From Xylographa opegraphella (Eukaryota), in NCBI GenBank assembly GCA_022813865.1, contig JALDZX010000014.1, forward strand, positions 1 to 64,000: DNA of 64,000 bases, written 5' to 3'. The position numbers and the translations under genes are program-made. Below the pieces are notes generated by a model. That model made no database searches. It had not been told where the DNA came from and saw only the letters and a list, made by a program, of their open reading frames with translations. Positions within the stretch are counted from its first letter, which is position 1. Each line of letters starts with the position of its first letter. Below are positions 12,150 to 24,563 of this stretch, piece after piece.

Positions 12150-14085
12150 ATGATGTCGCTGCCCCTTTTCGTATTTATTGCTCTCGCCGTTGTTAGCAAT
12201 GCACAGGAGTGTGCAGCGCCTTATGCGGACAAATCCCTGCCTTTCGGTCCCAATATTGCACAGTACGCTGTGAAGGGACTACCGGATGTCAATTATAGTC
12301 TTCCTGACAGCTGGGCTGGTCTGATCAAGATCCCAGGGACAGAGGACGACGCGCTTTATTTCTGGCTTTTTGAGGCTGAAGAGCAAGCCCAGCGTAAACA
12401 GCTGATCAGTGAGTTCCCACGCGACTTGTGACTGTACTATTACGTTAACAGTACTTTTAGTCTGGCTCAATGGGGGCCCAGGCTGTACATCCTTAGCTGG
12501 ACTGACAGGTGAAAACGGCCCGCTTGCCTTTTACGGCAACGCCACCGTGCCAGCGTCAAATCCCTACTCCTGGACCAAGCTTTCAAACGTCTTGTACATC
12601 GATCAACCCGTCGGTACCGGTTTCTCCACCGGCAGTACACAAGCTACGAGCAATGCTCAAGTAACAGAACAATTTTATGGATGGTTGACGGCTTTCTACG
12701 CTCAGTTCCCGCGTCTTGCGGCCATGGACACATATATAGTGGGAGAATCATTTGCTGGTGTGAACGTGAGTGAAGCATTATTGCATACTTCTACAACTTG
12801 AGACACTACAAGTCACATTTGCTTATGCTGTGATTAAGATTCCATATTTCGCTCAAGCCATAATGGAGAACTCCAGAACCCTTCCGATCAACCTCCGTGC
12901 AATCTCCTTGGGCGATCCCTTCTTCGGGAATCCTGCAGCAATGATCGATGTGCCAATGGTCCGATACCTGAACGAGCAGAACCAAATTCTCAGAATCCCA
13001 GACGACGTGATGTCCGTTTTCAACACAACGTCTGCCGCTTGCGGGTTCGACTACGTGCTCGGTAACTTGACCTACCCACCACACGGCATCATCGTCGTTC
13101 CCGGAGACCCCGAAGGCGAAAGTTACGAGAAGGCGAAGCGACAGGCCAGCCCAAGCAGCTCCAGCAGTCCAAGCAGCGCATCTTGCTCCGCGCTGTACTA
13201 TCCCACAACTCCTGCCGAAGTCTCCGATTCCATCATGGGCCCATGCGATGGTCCTTGCGCCACCGGAACCACAGCGTACGATTACCTGGGCGCCATCTAT
13301 CCCTGGTAAGAGCCTCCCACCTCCCAGTTCCTCCATCTGCACGCCATTCTCATCCGCCGCCCGCTTCCATCCCATCACCACTCACCCGTCCACTAACTCC
13401 CCTCCCAGCTTCGACATCTTCGACATCACCTCCACCTGCGCCACGAACCCCAACCCCGCCCCCGTCGCCAACTACCTCAACCAGCCGACCGTGCGCGCCG
13501 CCATCCACGCCCCGGACAAGATGATCACGGACTGCAACAGCACGGTGCAGGAAGCCCTCGCCGTCGACGAAGCAACCCCACCCGTCTACGCCATCATACC
13601 CGCCCTGCTGGCGCGGAATGTCTCCGTGCACGTCTACTCGGGTGACTACGACCTCATCCTGCCGCACCTGGGGACCGAGCTTGTGATTCAGAACATGACG
13701 TGGTGCGCACATTCACCCCTTATCCACAACCCCCCCCCCCCCAAACCCGGAAACCTTCCACAAGCTAAACCCCCCTCCCTTTCCCCCACCAGGAACGGCC
13801 TCCAGGGTTTCCAATGCGTCCCTTCCCGCCCTTTCTACGCTGACGGCATCCTGGCTGGTAATTGGGGCTACGAGGTACGTTCCCCACTGTTAGCAAACGC
13901 TGCGTAGCGCAGTAGGCCATTCGCTGACTTCGCACGCCTTTTGTCGTCTCCCGCAGCGCGGTCTCTCCTACCACCACTTCTTGCGCGCGGGCCATAGCGT
14001 CCCGCACGATCAGCCGGCGGCGGCGTTTGCGTTCGTGAGGGACTTTGTCCTCGGTACGGGGGGGTATGGGGAGAGGGAGGCGTGA
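12150..14085 (+). CDS. Secreted serine carboxypeptidase (peptidase S10)
   Basis: Signal peptide, LYFWLFEA, WLNGGPGCTS, NVLYIDQPVGTGFS, GESFAG (catalytic Ser), YSGDYD (Asp), RAGHSVPHDQP (His). Five introns at about 12409-12460, 12766-12838, 13306-13409, 13703-13792 and 13875-13956. Confidence 0.92.
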
Positions 14086-14559
14086 GGAGGTGGGGGAGTG
14101 GGGTGGGTCGAAGGGAGGTGGTTGAGTGGACTCGGGGGGAGGAGATATTTACTGGAAGTGTAGGGGGCACGGTTGGGTACGTAGTTTCAACAGCTCCAGG
14201 CGGGTTTTGGAGACTTGGAAGCTGGCGGTGGTGGCATCGCACTGCCAAGCGGTGAATTCGCAGTCAGTACCCGTGATGGACTTCGCCGTCCCGTGATAAA
14301 TTTCGTGATACTCTATAGTCGTCCGATCGTCCCCCTGTCCACGAATACCCCCGGCGCTCTCTATATCCGCAGTGAACGAGTCGGCCGGCGAACGCGAGAT
14401 GTGCGTGGCGGTGGAAGCTACCATCCATCCCATCCCCCCGCCATCCCTCCCTACCTTCTATCCCTTCCATCTCCCTCCCCTCCTGCCATCCTCTTCCCTC
14501 CTCCGCCAGCAGGGTAGACGTCCCCCCGTCGACTCTCCGGAACCGCCTTTCTGTTTATT

Positions 14560-14722
14560 TATCCATACACATACGTCTGTCCACACGTCTATACGTCTAT
14601 ACGTCCATACACACATACACACATCCACCTATACACGCATCTATACGTCCATCCATCCATACACACACATCCATCCGTCCGTCCATACATCCACCCATCC
14701 ATCCGTCCACACATCCATCCAC
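14560..14722. repeat. Degenerate (CATC/CATA/CGTC)n microsatellite
   Basis: Run of ATCC, ACAC and GTCC tetramers. Confidence 0.8.
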
Positions 14723-15121
14723 CTCACGAGCTCCTCCAACACAGAATAGAGAGTAGTTTCGCAAGGGGCGTTGGATGGGAGAGTCGTGGGAAAATGCAGT
14801 CTGAGCGTTCTCGAGCCTTGCTGCCTGCGAACGGCAAGGGGAAAGGATGGGAAGGGAGGGCGTTAGGAGCGTGGCTGAGGGAGGGGGGGTCTATAGCGGT
14901 GACGGGGTGGTAGGGGTTGGGGATTCGGGGATTGGAGTTTACGAGGAGAGGGAATTGGCGGGGTGTTGGGTGAGGGGGCCTTGGACATGTGCTGGCGGGG
15001 GGTTGGTGCCGCGCGGAAGGGGAGTGCGCCCTGGGTGATGGAGCCCCGTGGTACTGGGCTGGTGCGGATCCGGAAGGGTGGGGTTGGGGGGAGAAGGCTC
15101 GGTGGTGTTCCCGGCGAGATT

Positions 15122-15200
15122 NNNNNNNNNNNNNNNNNNNNNNNNNNNNNNNNNNNNNNNNNNNNNNNNNNNNNNNNNNNNNNNNNNNNNNNNNNNNNNN
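15122..15200. other. Assembly gap
   Basis: Run of N. Confidence 1.
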
Positions 15201-15802
15201 GGGGGGATGGGGGAGGAGACTTGCTGGCGTTTCGGGGAAGTTCCGGTGGTGGTGGGTTTATGGCCGGCGTGGATGGCGTTTTCTATTGGTAGACTGGTGG
15301 CTTTCTGGATGACCGGGATTTCACACACTTACTGCCCTGGAAACAGGACAAAAAGTGAATGGCGATATCGGTGGTAGTGAGCAAATCCTTCGAGCGAGCC
15401 ATGGTACCTGACTCCTACATGGGCTTTCTTTTTATGCCGCGTTGTTTTAGCACGGCCGATCATCCGGATCCGAGACATGGATTCTGGCTTTTCGCACTGG
15501 GTGGTTCCTACTTCAAGATTGAGGGTGAAGGGTGCCGTGGCTGGCTACTAGAGTATCTGGCCGAGGATTTACGGTCCATGTGGGGGGGGGGGGGGTCCGT
15601 GCGAAAGGTTGGAGGGCGTGCGGGTGTGCAGCTGGGGGACGTGGAGACATGTTTCCCGGGTTCAGGTCGAGTGGCCATGCGAGCGGAGCGTGATGGGAGA
15701 GTGCAACTGCTACTTGGTACAGAGGGGTAGGTTCTAGTAGAAGGGCATGCGTACTGACAGGTCGACGAAACGTGTCCACGAGATACTGGAGATCGTAGGT
15801 GC

Positions 15803-15850
15803 GTGATCTCGTTGAACTCTGTAAGAGTGATCTCGTTGAGCGCTGTACGA
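15803..15850. repeat. 24-bp tandem duplication
   Basis: GTGATCTCGTTGAACTCTGTAAGA followed by GTGATCTCGTTGAGCGCTGTACGA. Confidence 0.75.
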
Positions 15851-16736
15851 GACTACCTTGGGTACCTTGTAAGCCACGACAATGATGCACTCTGTCCTAG
15901 CCTTGGATGTGGCGGCTGCGTGATCCCATCGTACCTTATTTCCGGGCCTGGGTTCGCGTGGAAAGGCACCCGGTGGGTTGGGGTGGGATTTCTGAAGGAT
16001 CTACGGTAGGTAAGGCAAGGTACCTTGGGCAAGTTCCAAAAGCCAGTCTTTTAGTCTCAGGGGGGCCAAGACTCCAAGGCTAGATGAGATCTTGTTTTAG
16101 TCAGGAGAGATTTTCCTCGAAGTGGGGAAGTCAACAAGGCCAGGGGGTGAAAGTCATGCGAGAGAAGCGGGAGTTGTTCACTTGCTAATGAAGGTTGGGA
16201 AGTGGATGGGATGCATTTGTATTCGTGGACGAGTGCGTAGGGCGTGGTAGGAGATGAGGTGCAATCGAGATGGTCTGGAGAAAGGTCTGTGAATAGAGGT
16301 GCCAGGATAAGAAGCCGGTGGTGCATCGCACGCGCTTGATGCTCCACAGAAACGACTTTCCCATGCAAGTCATGCCAGTGAGCCATCGCCACTCTCGTCT
16401 CTGCATGGCTGGAACCTGGTTTGTATCGATACCGCTGATCTCAGGAGAAGCCTTGTTGGATCTTGGTAGCAAGCGAGAGAGAACGAGATTTGTGCAGGGC
16501 TCGGAAGAATCAAGATCCATAATCTTCCAAGCACTCTAATCCCATGACAGTCTAGCGCATTGTCCCGATCCACTTTCCGGCCTGCTTCCGGCATCCCGAC
16601 CGGAGCTGGGCCGAGGTTAAGCTTTTTCCGATGGAGCCCGATCCAAGATCGCGCCATGCCCGCATCCAGATCTAGCGCAGGCTTAGCCGGGCTGGGCGAT
16701 GGCGCCTCACTTGCGAATCTCGTCCCAAGCTGGAAT

Positions 16737-16776
16737 CTCACGACTCACGACTCACGACTCGCGACTCACGGCTCGC
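16737..16776. repeat. 7-bp tandem repeat (CTCACGA)n
   Basis: CTCACGA CTCACGA CTCACGA CTCGCGA CTCACGG CTCGC. Confidence 0.8.
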
Positions 16777-18204
16777 ACAACGGCAGATCTGTCCCGATCA
16801 GATTCACAAGTAGCTGGATATACTTCGTGGCATGTGTCACTCCTTGCTCCGGGACCACCAAGTCAGAGTGCGGGACTCTAAGAGCCATCGCTGCCACATG
16901 TGTGCGGCGGATGATGTTGTCTCCCAATTGCCAAAAGGGCGCTACTACAGAATGACGCAGTCCTGCGATCTCCTCATGGCGATGTGGGGACTCTTCGTTC
17001 CATCAATCCCAGGTCGGCAACAGGCCACTATCGAATTGCGGACATGGGTGTGCCTACAATAGCAGCGAGAAGCTGGCCATGAGGAGAGCGAGCCTGCAGC
17101 CCCCCTCCCCTGAAGCCCTCCAGCACATCCGATGCACCGTACCGCCACTGATTGGCTCTGCTGCCACCCGTAACCGAGACGACCTCAACCCTAAACCTCC
17201 CGGCAGGTGGGTGTGGGTGTGTGTGGGTGCGTGTAGACGCCGTCAAGCCTCTGTGCGAAAAAGCGTAATGGATTGAGGTAACTAAGGTGCCTACGGTATG
17301 TGGACGGCCTTCGTCTGGAGCGGGTGGCGCTGCCCACTTCTGCCTCCTTGGCAATGCTCGTCCGACCTTCTTCCGTATTCGGTCTTTGGGCGTCGTCATG
17401 AGTTGCTGTTGCGACCGACCTACCTTATACTGTGTGAATCAGAACATTCATCTCGATAGAGGATGAAAGCTAGTCGGTCTAACTATCTTCGCTTCCTACG
17501 GTACCTTAAGTTACACTCCAGGTATCTAGCAACCACTGTTGATAGCTGAGTCATGGTATCTGGAGTATTTACTCATTGCGGTTCCGAAACAGCCTTTACA
17601 AGAACGATCGGTCTCTGCCTGGCTTTGAACGGATCAGAGTCCATCGTGATAGACTCAAACCTTCTTCCACGCCGAGCATCGTGTTCCTGAAACCGCTGAC
17701 TTGGTAGCTCATGCACGGAAGAAAAGTCTACTTGGTGGCCATCCTTCCCAGGCCGAATCCAGGTGTCCCAACAGTCGGTAGACGACTGGCGTTGAGCCCT
17801 AATATTGGCCCAGACCACATATCGTGAACGCTCCACATGGCTTCAGCGACGCCGACGATGCAGCGGCCACACCTATAAACCGCAGCGTCGTCCACCGCGT
17901 CCAATCTCCTCACCAGGAATTGTCAGCTCCAGTTTAAACACAGGACGACCGCTGTTCTGGTTCCCCCCCCCATTTTCAGCCTCAGGAACCCCACAGCACC
18001 GTAAACGAGGTTGGTGATCCGTAAGGGAAGGTGATCGCAACGTCCATCCAGCGCTGCCAAGAAAGTAACTCCACTCCCACTCTCGAACCCTCATCCGTGT
18101 GCTTCATCCGCCACGATCGCTCCTTCTTAAAGTCGCCGCACGTCGTGGGGATGCCAGCTTGGTGACTCATTCTCTCTTCTCTTCGGTTCTGGCTTCCTGT
18201 ATCC

Positions 18205-20848
18205 ATGATGCCGCATATCACTTCATCAGCCGGCGTGCAAGCTGCCGACGCCGACTTTGTCTTCCATTCTTATGATGCCGGCTTCATTGTCTTATCGTAT
18301 ATCGTCAGTGTGGTGGGGTGTTGGACGAGCTTGGAACTCCTCCACAAGAGGACGTCGTCCAAAGGCCTGTACAACTGGTCCGTATACCCCCACGCCGTTC
18401 AGCTCCATTTCGTCAGGGACGGACAGCTCGAGATGAGGATATGGGCGACTGACATGGTCTAGGTATCTACTCTTGGGTGCCGCCACGGCGATGGGGGCGG
18501 TCGCTATCTGGTCGATGCATTTCATTGGGAATCGCGCCATCACGATGGATGCCGGCCAGCCGGACATGCAGATTGGATACAACGCTGGTTTCACCGCCGG
18601 CTCCTTCTTCTTACCCATCTGTGTCGTGGGGTTAGCTTTCTATCTCTTCACCGTCAGCGAGCAGGTTACCTTCACTGGCACCATCACCGGAGGATGTCTG
18701 GCAGGCTTTGCCATCTGTGGCATGCACTACCTTGGCCAAGGCGGCATCTCCAACTATCATGCCGTCTATGATTGGCGGTTCGTCCTGGGCTCTGGTATCA
18801 TTGCCGTAGTGGCCGCCACCCTCGCACTCGGCATCTTCTTTTATTTCAAGTCTGGCTGGACGAACACCTGGTGGAAGCGTTCAGTATGCGCCTTCCTGTT
18901 GGCCGTCGGCGTGTCGGGCATGCATTGGGTCGCGACGGTGGGAACGTCGTATCGCCTCGAGTCCGCTGTCGATGGCAATCAGAATGGATTATCAAGGAAA
19001 ACCACCGTGGCGGTGGTCCTGTGTTTGGTGAGAACGGCCTCTGCTTCCGTCTTCCAGGCTACCTCTAACGCGCTCAGGCCATTGGTTGTTGCATCACACT
19101 CATCATTTTTGCCATCATCGGCCAACGCAGTCGCCATCGAATGGCCGACAGAGCGCAACAGGTGGTCTTAGCTTGCGCCACATGGGATCAAGATGGGAGA
19201 ATTCTGGTCACTCCAGAAGGCTTGTTGCCGTGCCGCAAGATTACGAACTCATATGTAGAACGGGTATGTGAGAAACTACAATACACGGCTGTATCCTCAC
19301 TAACTCCATTACCAGTCATTCGATGACATCTTCAGTACCGAGCATCCCGTTTTCTGCTGGATATACCGAGCCTCACGCTGTTGGAAAAGTGTTGCTGATC
19401 TTATCCCCGGCATGCGTATCCATCTTCGATCCTCCAGCTTTACGAAAAGATCTCGACCTGGCTCAGCGACGCAAACAAGAGACAGTCCGGATGGCACTGA
19501 GGATTACTCACAGGTCTTTAAGGAGTTGTTCTGTATCGCTGCCTCGGACCTCGCGACTATGCTGGCGGAAGAACTGGGAAACATCGGTGTCCTCTACGAC
19601 GAAATCGTCAATACCGGGACCACGAAGAAAAGCAGAGGCGCCAGGATCTTTGCGTCAACTCAAACCGGTATCGGCACCAACGACCTCGAGCGCGCCCGTT
19701 CGCCGATCATCTTCGGACGTGGTCAGCTTCTCTTTCTGGTTCGCCGGGCTGACAAGCTGGAGACGGCTCAGCTTCAAGCTTCTGGTTTCCGCTTTGCACC
19801 CGTTCCGCAGGTCGTCGATCATCTGGCCCGTAGTATGCAGGTGACCGTCAAAGAGCTCCAACCTCGACTGGACCGAATGAAGGAGTTTCCACCCCACATA
19901 CGCATGTTAGAGCCGGGGGTCCATCTCGCGTGCTTCGCACTACGCCCTCTCTATCAACGCGGATTCGACGTTCTGGTTCCCAAGGAGGCGAAGAACTTGT
20001 TGCCAACCGTAGCTTTGCCGATTTCTGCTCTGGATATGTGGCAAATCGACTTCATCACGCGCTTTGACGATTGGGAAGTCGGGAAGTGTCTCCAATGGCT
20101 AAGCAAACAATCCATCCTCGAGTCTTCGACGCCTCGCGAAAGGGCCTTCTTCGGTCAGCTTTACAATGGCCTTTTTGCGCTTGGCCAGAAGATCAACGAT
20201 GAGTTCTTCCAGTCCGCACGACTCACAGCGAGGCCACTTCGCGCTCCTTGTTACAATCCCGAAACTGGGATGTATGGTCAGGCCGAAATCATCGCGTTCC
20301 GCGTTATCGCGGATGTACATCAATCGCGACTGCTCAATGATCGTGTCGAATTCACTCCGTCGAGGTTTTTCCTCTGCCAGCAGCATGTGTACCATAAATC
20401 ACGGGATCACGGGGTCTTCGTCCGCCGAGTCCACCAGGAGTTTGCATCTTTGCTCGAACGTCAGGAACGTTCGTCCAACAACCCCAGAGCCTCTTCAAGC
20501 AATTGCCGCAGAGGCTTCTTCGGTCGCATGCCATCTTCTCCCGGATTACCGACCTCGAGTACTTACTCGGGGCAGCGGGATCAAAGTCCATCGACCGTCA
20601 AAGAGGATAGCTCGTCGGAAAAGCATCTGGTGGACGAACCCACTTCGGGACCTTTCGGCGGCATCCATGTCTCGAACGATATCACCATCGACGTGACTGA
20701 AATAGCTCGAGGAGACCGGAGTCCCAACGTGGAGATGTCAAACCTTGGGGTCTTTAGTGAAGCGGCCGTCGATCCGGGCGAGGAGGAAAACTTCATTGAC
20801 GAGCTAATATCGTTGACCATAGCCGATAGACGCCAGCAGAGAGGGTGA
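18205..20848 (+). CDS. MHYT-domain integral membrane signalling protein
   Basis: SYIVSVVGCWTSLEL is followed by three MHYT-type motifs (IWSMHFIG, ICGMHYLG, VSGMHWVA) in TM helices, then a long soluble C-terminus. Introns at 18378-18462, ~19029-19077 and ~19264-19316. Confidence 0.88.
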
Positions 20849-21428
20849 TGGTCGCAACCTGCATAACAGAGACGATGGCCTACCCAATCCATCACGTGGC
20901 CATGCTTGTACGTGTGAGGTTTCTTCTCGCGCCCAGGTATACTTCTCGACCGAGCTGGACATCAATGTTGTAATCTATATCCGTGGTGTTGATAATTGTG
21001 GGCAAATTCCAACCAAGCTAGCTGTGGCTGTTTGTGGGGGCCGAAGCGGACTCTGGTGGTTGTGCCTCACATCTTCTCGACGATACCCTTCGCTCTTGCT
21101 CTTCTGCTCACAAGCTTGTTTATTTTGTACATAGATTTTTTTTTGTTTCGTCAGTGGCACCTGCGCACCGTCGGCGTTGTGGTGCATGACTCCTACGACG
21201 AGAGGGACGATGGATGGGGGTGGGGGAGGCTTCGACGGTGTTCGCAGCAGCCACGACGCTGTAATGGGGAATCGGCCACCGGGGGTGGAGCTTATCGGGC
21301 TAGGCTGGGCTGCACCGGGTTCCTGACGGGGCGGGAAGGGAAGATGGCCGCCGTGCATGGCTGATTCGTATACTTTATCTTCAGCGACACGGGTGGGTGG
21401 AAGGGAGTTACCTACCTGCATTAGGCTT

Positions 21429-22368
21429 TTAGCGTATGCAATAACCGTGCATTTCCTTGGCGCTCAACTTCCCCCCCCCAATTCCTCAAAAATGTAATCA
21501 TGCAATAATTTTAAAATTATTTTTACAGGTTTTTCTCACTGATTATTTTTATTTAATATAATATTCTTGTTATTTGTATAAATTTCGCAGTCCCCGTTGT
21601 CCTTGTAGGTCTCGTAGCCTCTATAGCCCTCGTTGCCTACGTAGCCCTCGTAGCGTTCGTAGCCTCCGCTGGCCCCGTTGTTTTTATAACGCTCGTAGCT
21701 TTCGCGGGCCCCGCTGCCTTCGCTGCCCTCGCTGCCTTCGCTGCCCTCGCTGCCTTCGCTGCCTTCGCTGCCCTCGCTGCCTTCGCTGCCCTCGCTGCCT
21801 TCGCTGCCCTCGCTGCCTTCGCTGCCCTCGCTGNNNNNNNNNNNNNNNNNNNNNNNNNNNNNNNNNNNNNNNNNNNNNNNNNNNNNNNNNNNNNNNNNNN
21901 NNNNNNNNNNNNNNNNNNNNNNNNCTCGCTGCCCTCGTAGCCCTCGCTGCCCTCGTAGCCCTCGCTGCCCTCGTAGCCCTCGCTGCCCTCGCTGGCCCCG
22001 TTGTTTTTATAGTCTTCGTAGGCTATAGGGGCAGCGAGGCCTGTAAAAATTACGAGCGTTATAGAAACAACGGGGGCAGCGGAGGCTACGAGGGCAATGA
22101 GGGCAACGAGGACTATAGGGGCTACGGGGGCTACGGGGGCTACGGGGGCTACGGGGGCTACGGGGGCTACGGGGGGGGGGGCTACGAGGGGCTGCGAGGG
22201 CTGCGAAATCTATATAAATAATAAGAATATTATATTTAATAAGAATAGTCAGTAAAAAAAACCCGTGAAAATAACTTTAAAATTATTGCATGATTACATT
22301 TTTGAGGGGTGGGGGGGGGGAGTTGAGCACCAAGGAAATGCACGGTTAGGTCCTATTGCATACGCTAA
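21429..22368. mobile_element. Non-autonomous foldback / long-TIR DNA element with internal 9-bp tandem repeats
   Basis: The left end TTAGCGTATGCAATA-ACCGTGCATTTCCTTGGCGCTCAACT..CCTCAAAAATGTAATCATGCAATAATTTTAAA is mirrored by the right end TTTAAAATTATTGCATGATTACATTTTTGAGG..AGTTGAGCACCAAGGAAATGCACGGTTAGGTCCTATTGCATACGCTAA. Symmetry continues inward to about 21718/22028. The core is (CCYTCGCTG)n and (GGGGCTACG)n. No transposase is present. Confidence 0.85.
21834..21924. other. Assembly gap inside the 9-bp repeat array
   Basis: Run of N. Confidence 1.
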
Positions 22369-23246
22369 TTCCGTAGTAGGCAACTACAAACATCGATCAA
22401 TCAAACAGTGGAGTTTGCCCCGCTGACCCTTCGAAGGTCACCCCTCCAACCTACAACAAAAAGCAATAAAGAATATATAGCCAAGCCGCTCGTCTATCTC
22501 CACCCCTTCACCCGCGTCCATGACAGCAGCACACATCCCCCTCGTACACCCGTCCCGTCCCGCTCCCCCTCTTCCCATCCCCACCTCTCAACTCCCCCCC
22601 CCCGTCGCCTCGCAACCAAAACCCCCCCTATCATCCCTCCCACCCCACTCTCCTTCCCCTAACCGCCACAAAAAGCACCGCTTCCTGAACCCCGCCCGCC
22701 CGCTCCGCACACGCATCCTATCCTATCCTTTCTCTCACGGAGGGGTAAGGGGGAAGGGGAGGGGAGGGGAGGGGAGGGGAGGGTTGATACTGTGTGTGTG
22801 TGTTAGGGTGTGCAGATGCCCATCGGAAAGAACCCCCAACGGAGGGGGGCAGGATAGTAGGTCGTTAATGTATATCCAGGGGCAGAGGTCAGATGGAGGC
22901 GGGGGAGGGAAGGGGTGCGTCCACTGCGGGCGCGCGTGCATCAAGAGGCCGTTTTTTTCTTACGTTTGGGGGTTTCGATTTCGTTCGACTCAGGCGGAAA
23001 AACTTAATGTGTGTGTGTGACGGGGTTTAATTCTATTATGGGCCAGGAAGGGCAGGTTGGGGGAGGGGGCTACCTAGCTAGGTGGTAGGGTTGGGGTATA
23101 TAGAAGAATGGAATGCAACAAAAACACACGAAGAAAAACAAAATGAAGATGAAGAAACGCTGTGGGGCGCAACCCTTCCGTTTCCGTTTCCCTTTCCCTT
23201 TTTTTTCCTGCCAAAAAGACGTTTTAACCGCCGCCGCCGCGGCCGC

Positions 23247-24563
23247 TCAGAGCATGAGCATGATGCCGCCGACGGCGCTCAGCGGCACCATCCAGAGCCA
23301 GACGAGCCCGACGCCGCCTTCGGCCGCCGTGCCGCTCAAAGTCTGCACGGCCGCCGGGTTCGTGCTCACAGGCGCGCCGGCGGGGTTGGTGGCCGGCGAC
23401 GGGACGCCGGCCGGCTGGGTGGTGGGAACCGGAGCGCGCGTGAGGGAGGGGAGGGGAGTGGGCGTGGGATTCGGAATAACGAGCGGGGTGGACGCGACCT
23501 GGTCGAACGTCGACGGCTGCGCTTCCGCGGTGGTGGTGAGGGTGTAGATGTTGCCCGCGTCGGCGCAGAAGCCCTCCAGGCCCTGGAAGACGGCCTGGTT
23601 GGGGTCCGAGGGCGAGAGGTACTGCGCGCAGGCGCTGACGTAGCCGTCGAAGATCTGCGGCGCCCATGCCGCGCTGGAGTAGTCCGTGTAGCAGAGGCAG
23701 GACGCCTGCTGCGTCTGGGGCATGTAGTCGAAGCCGTCGGAGACGGATTCGCAGTAGCTGGTGAAGAAGACGGCGGAGTTGCAGGCCTGTGCGCCGGGGT
23801 CGGTGGGTGCGGCTGAGGGGTAGGCGGTGGACGGGGCGGCGTAGGGGGTCGTGGCGGGGTAGGCGGGTGTCGTCGTTGGGCCTGCGTACGCGGTGGTGCT
23901 CACGGCGGGGGCGTTGGCTAGGATGCCTTGGCATGTGCTGGAGAGCATCATCGCGGCGGTGTTTACGACTGTGGTTGCCGCTGCCGAGGGGCAGTCCACG
24001 CCGAAGAAACAGAGTATCTCTCCACCGACGGTCTCGATGCCGCCCCAGATATCCGCGACGACGGACTCGACACCGTCGACGATGACGGTCACGGCCGCTT
24101 CGGGGTTGGTGAACAGCTCGCCGACGACACTGACGACGTCCTCGCCGTCTTGCACGAGGTCGTCAAGGACTTCCGGGGCCAGGGTGGGGATCGAGAGGAT
24201 GAAGCTGGTGAGGGACGCAAAGTCCGATTCGACCTCGCCAACGATCTCGTCCCCTATCTGCTCGAATGCTTGCGGGAAGTCGCCGTTCAAGATTTGGCAG
24301 ACGAAGAGACCGGCGTCGGCTTCGACCGACTCCAAGTCTTGGATGACATTATCCGGAATCGAGCTGATGAGGTCCGAGAATCGCTTTGCTTGGAAGATTC
24401 CCTTGAGAACATCGCTGAGGACACACTTTAGCAATCGATCCAACTCAAGAATTGATGCGTAGAGTTGACTGTGAGGGAGTACGAATGGCGATATTTACCT
24501 GAAAAACGTGCCGCACACAAGGCTGGCCAGCACAAGGTGACTGAACACGAGGTTGAAAAGCAT
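23247..24563 (-). CDS. Predicted GPI-anchored cell-surface protein
   Basis: ATG at 24563 opens a signal peptide (MLFNLVFSHLVLASLVCG). Intron at about 24416-24498. Then an AKR dibasic site, an acidic helical region, a Cys module (ACNS..YCES..ASCLCY..SACAQY), a Thr/Pro stalk and a hydrophobic C-terminus after SGTAA. Confidence 0.75.

Noticed and set aside
14100..15400. Possible decayed minus-strand gene around the first gap
   Set aside because: There are short ORFs and one branch/acceptor-like signal, but no recognisable motif, and the region is broken by a microsatellite and a gap.
21574..22221. 215-aa ORF with (CPRCLR)n and (GGY)n repeats
   Set aside because: It is a translation of the 9-bp arrays inside the foldback element, spans an N gap and has no ATG start.
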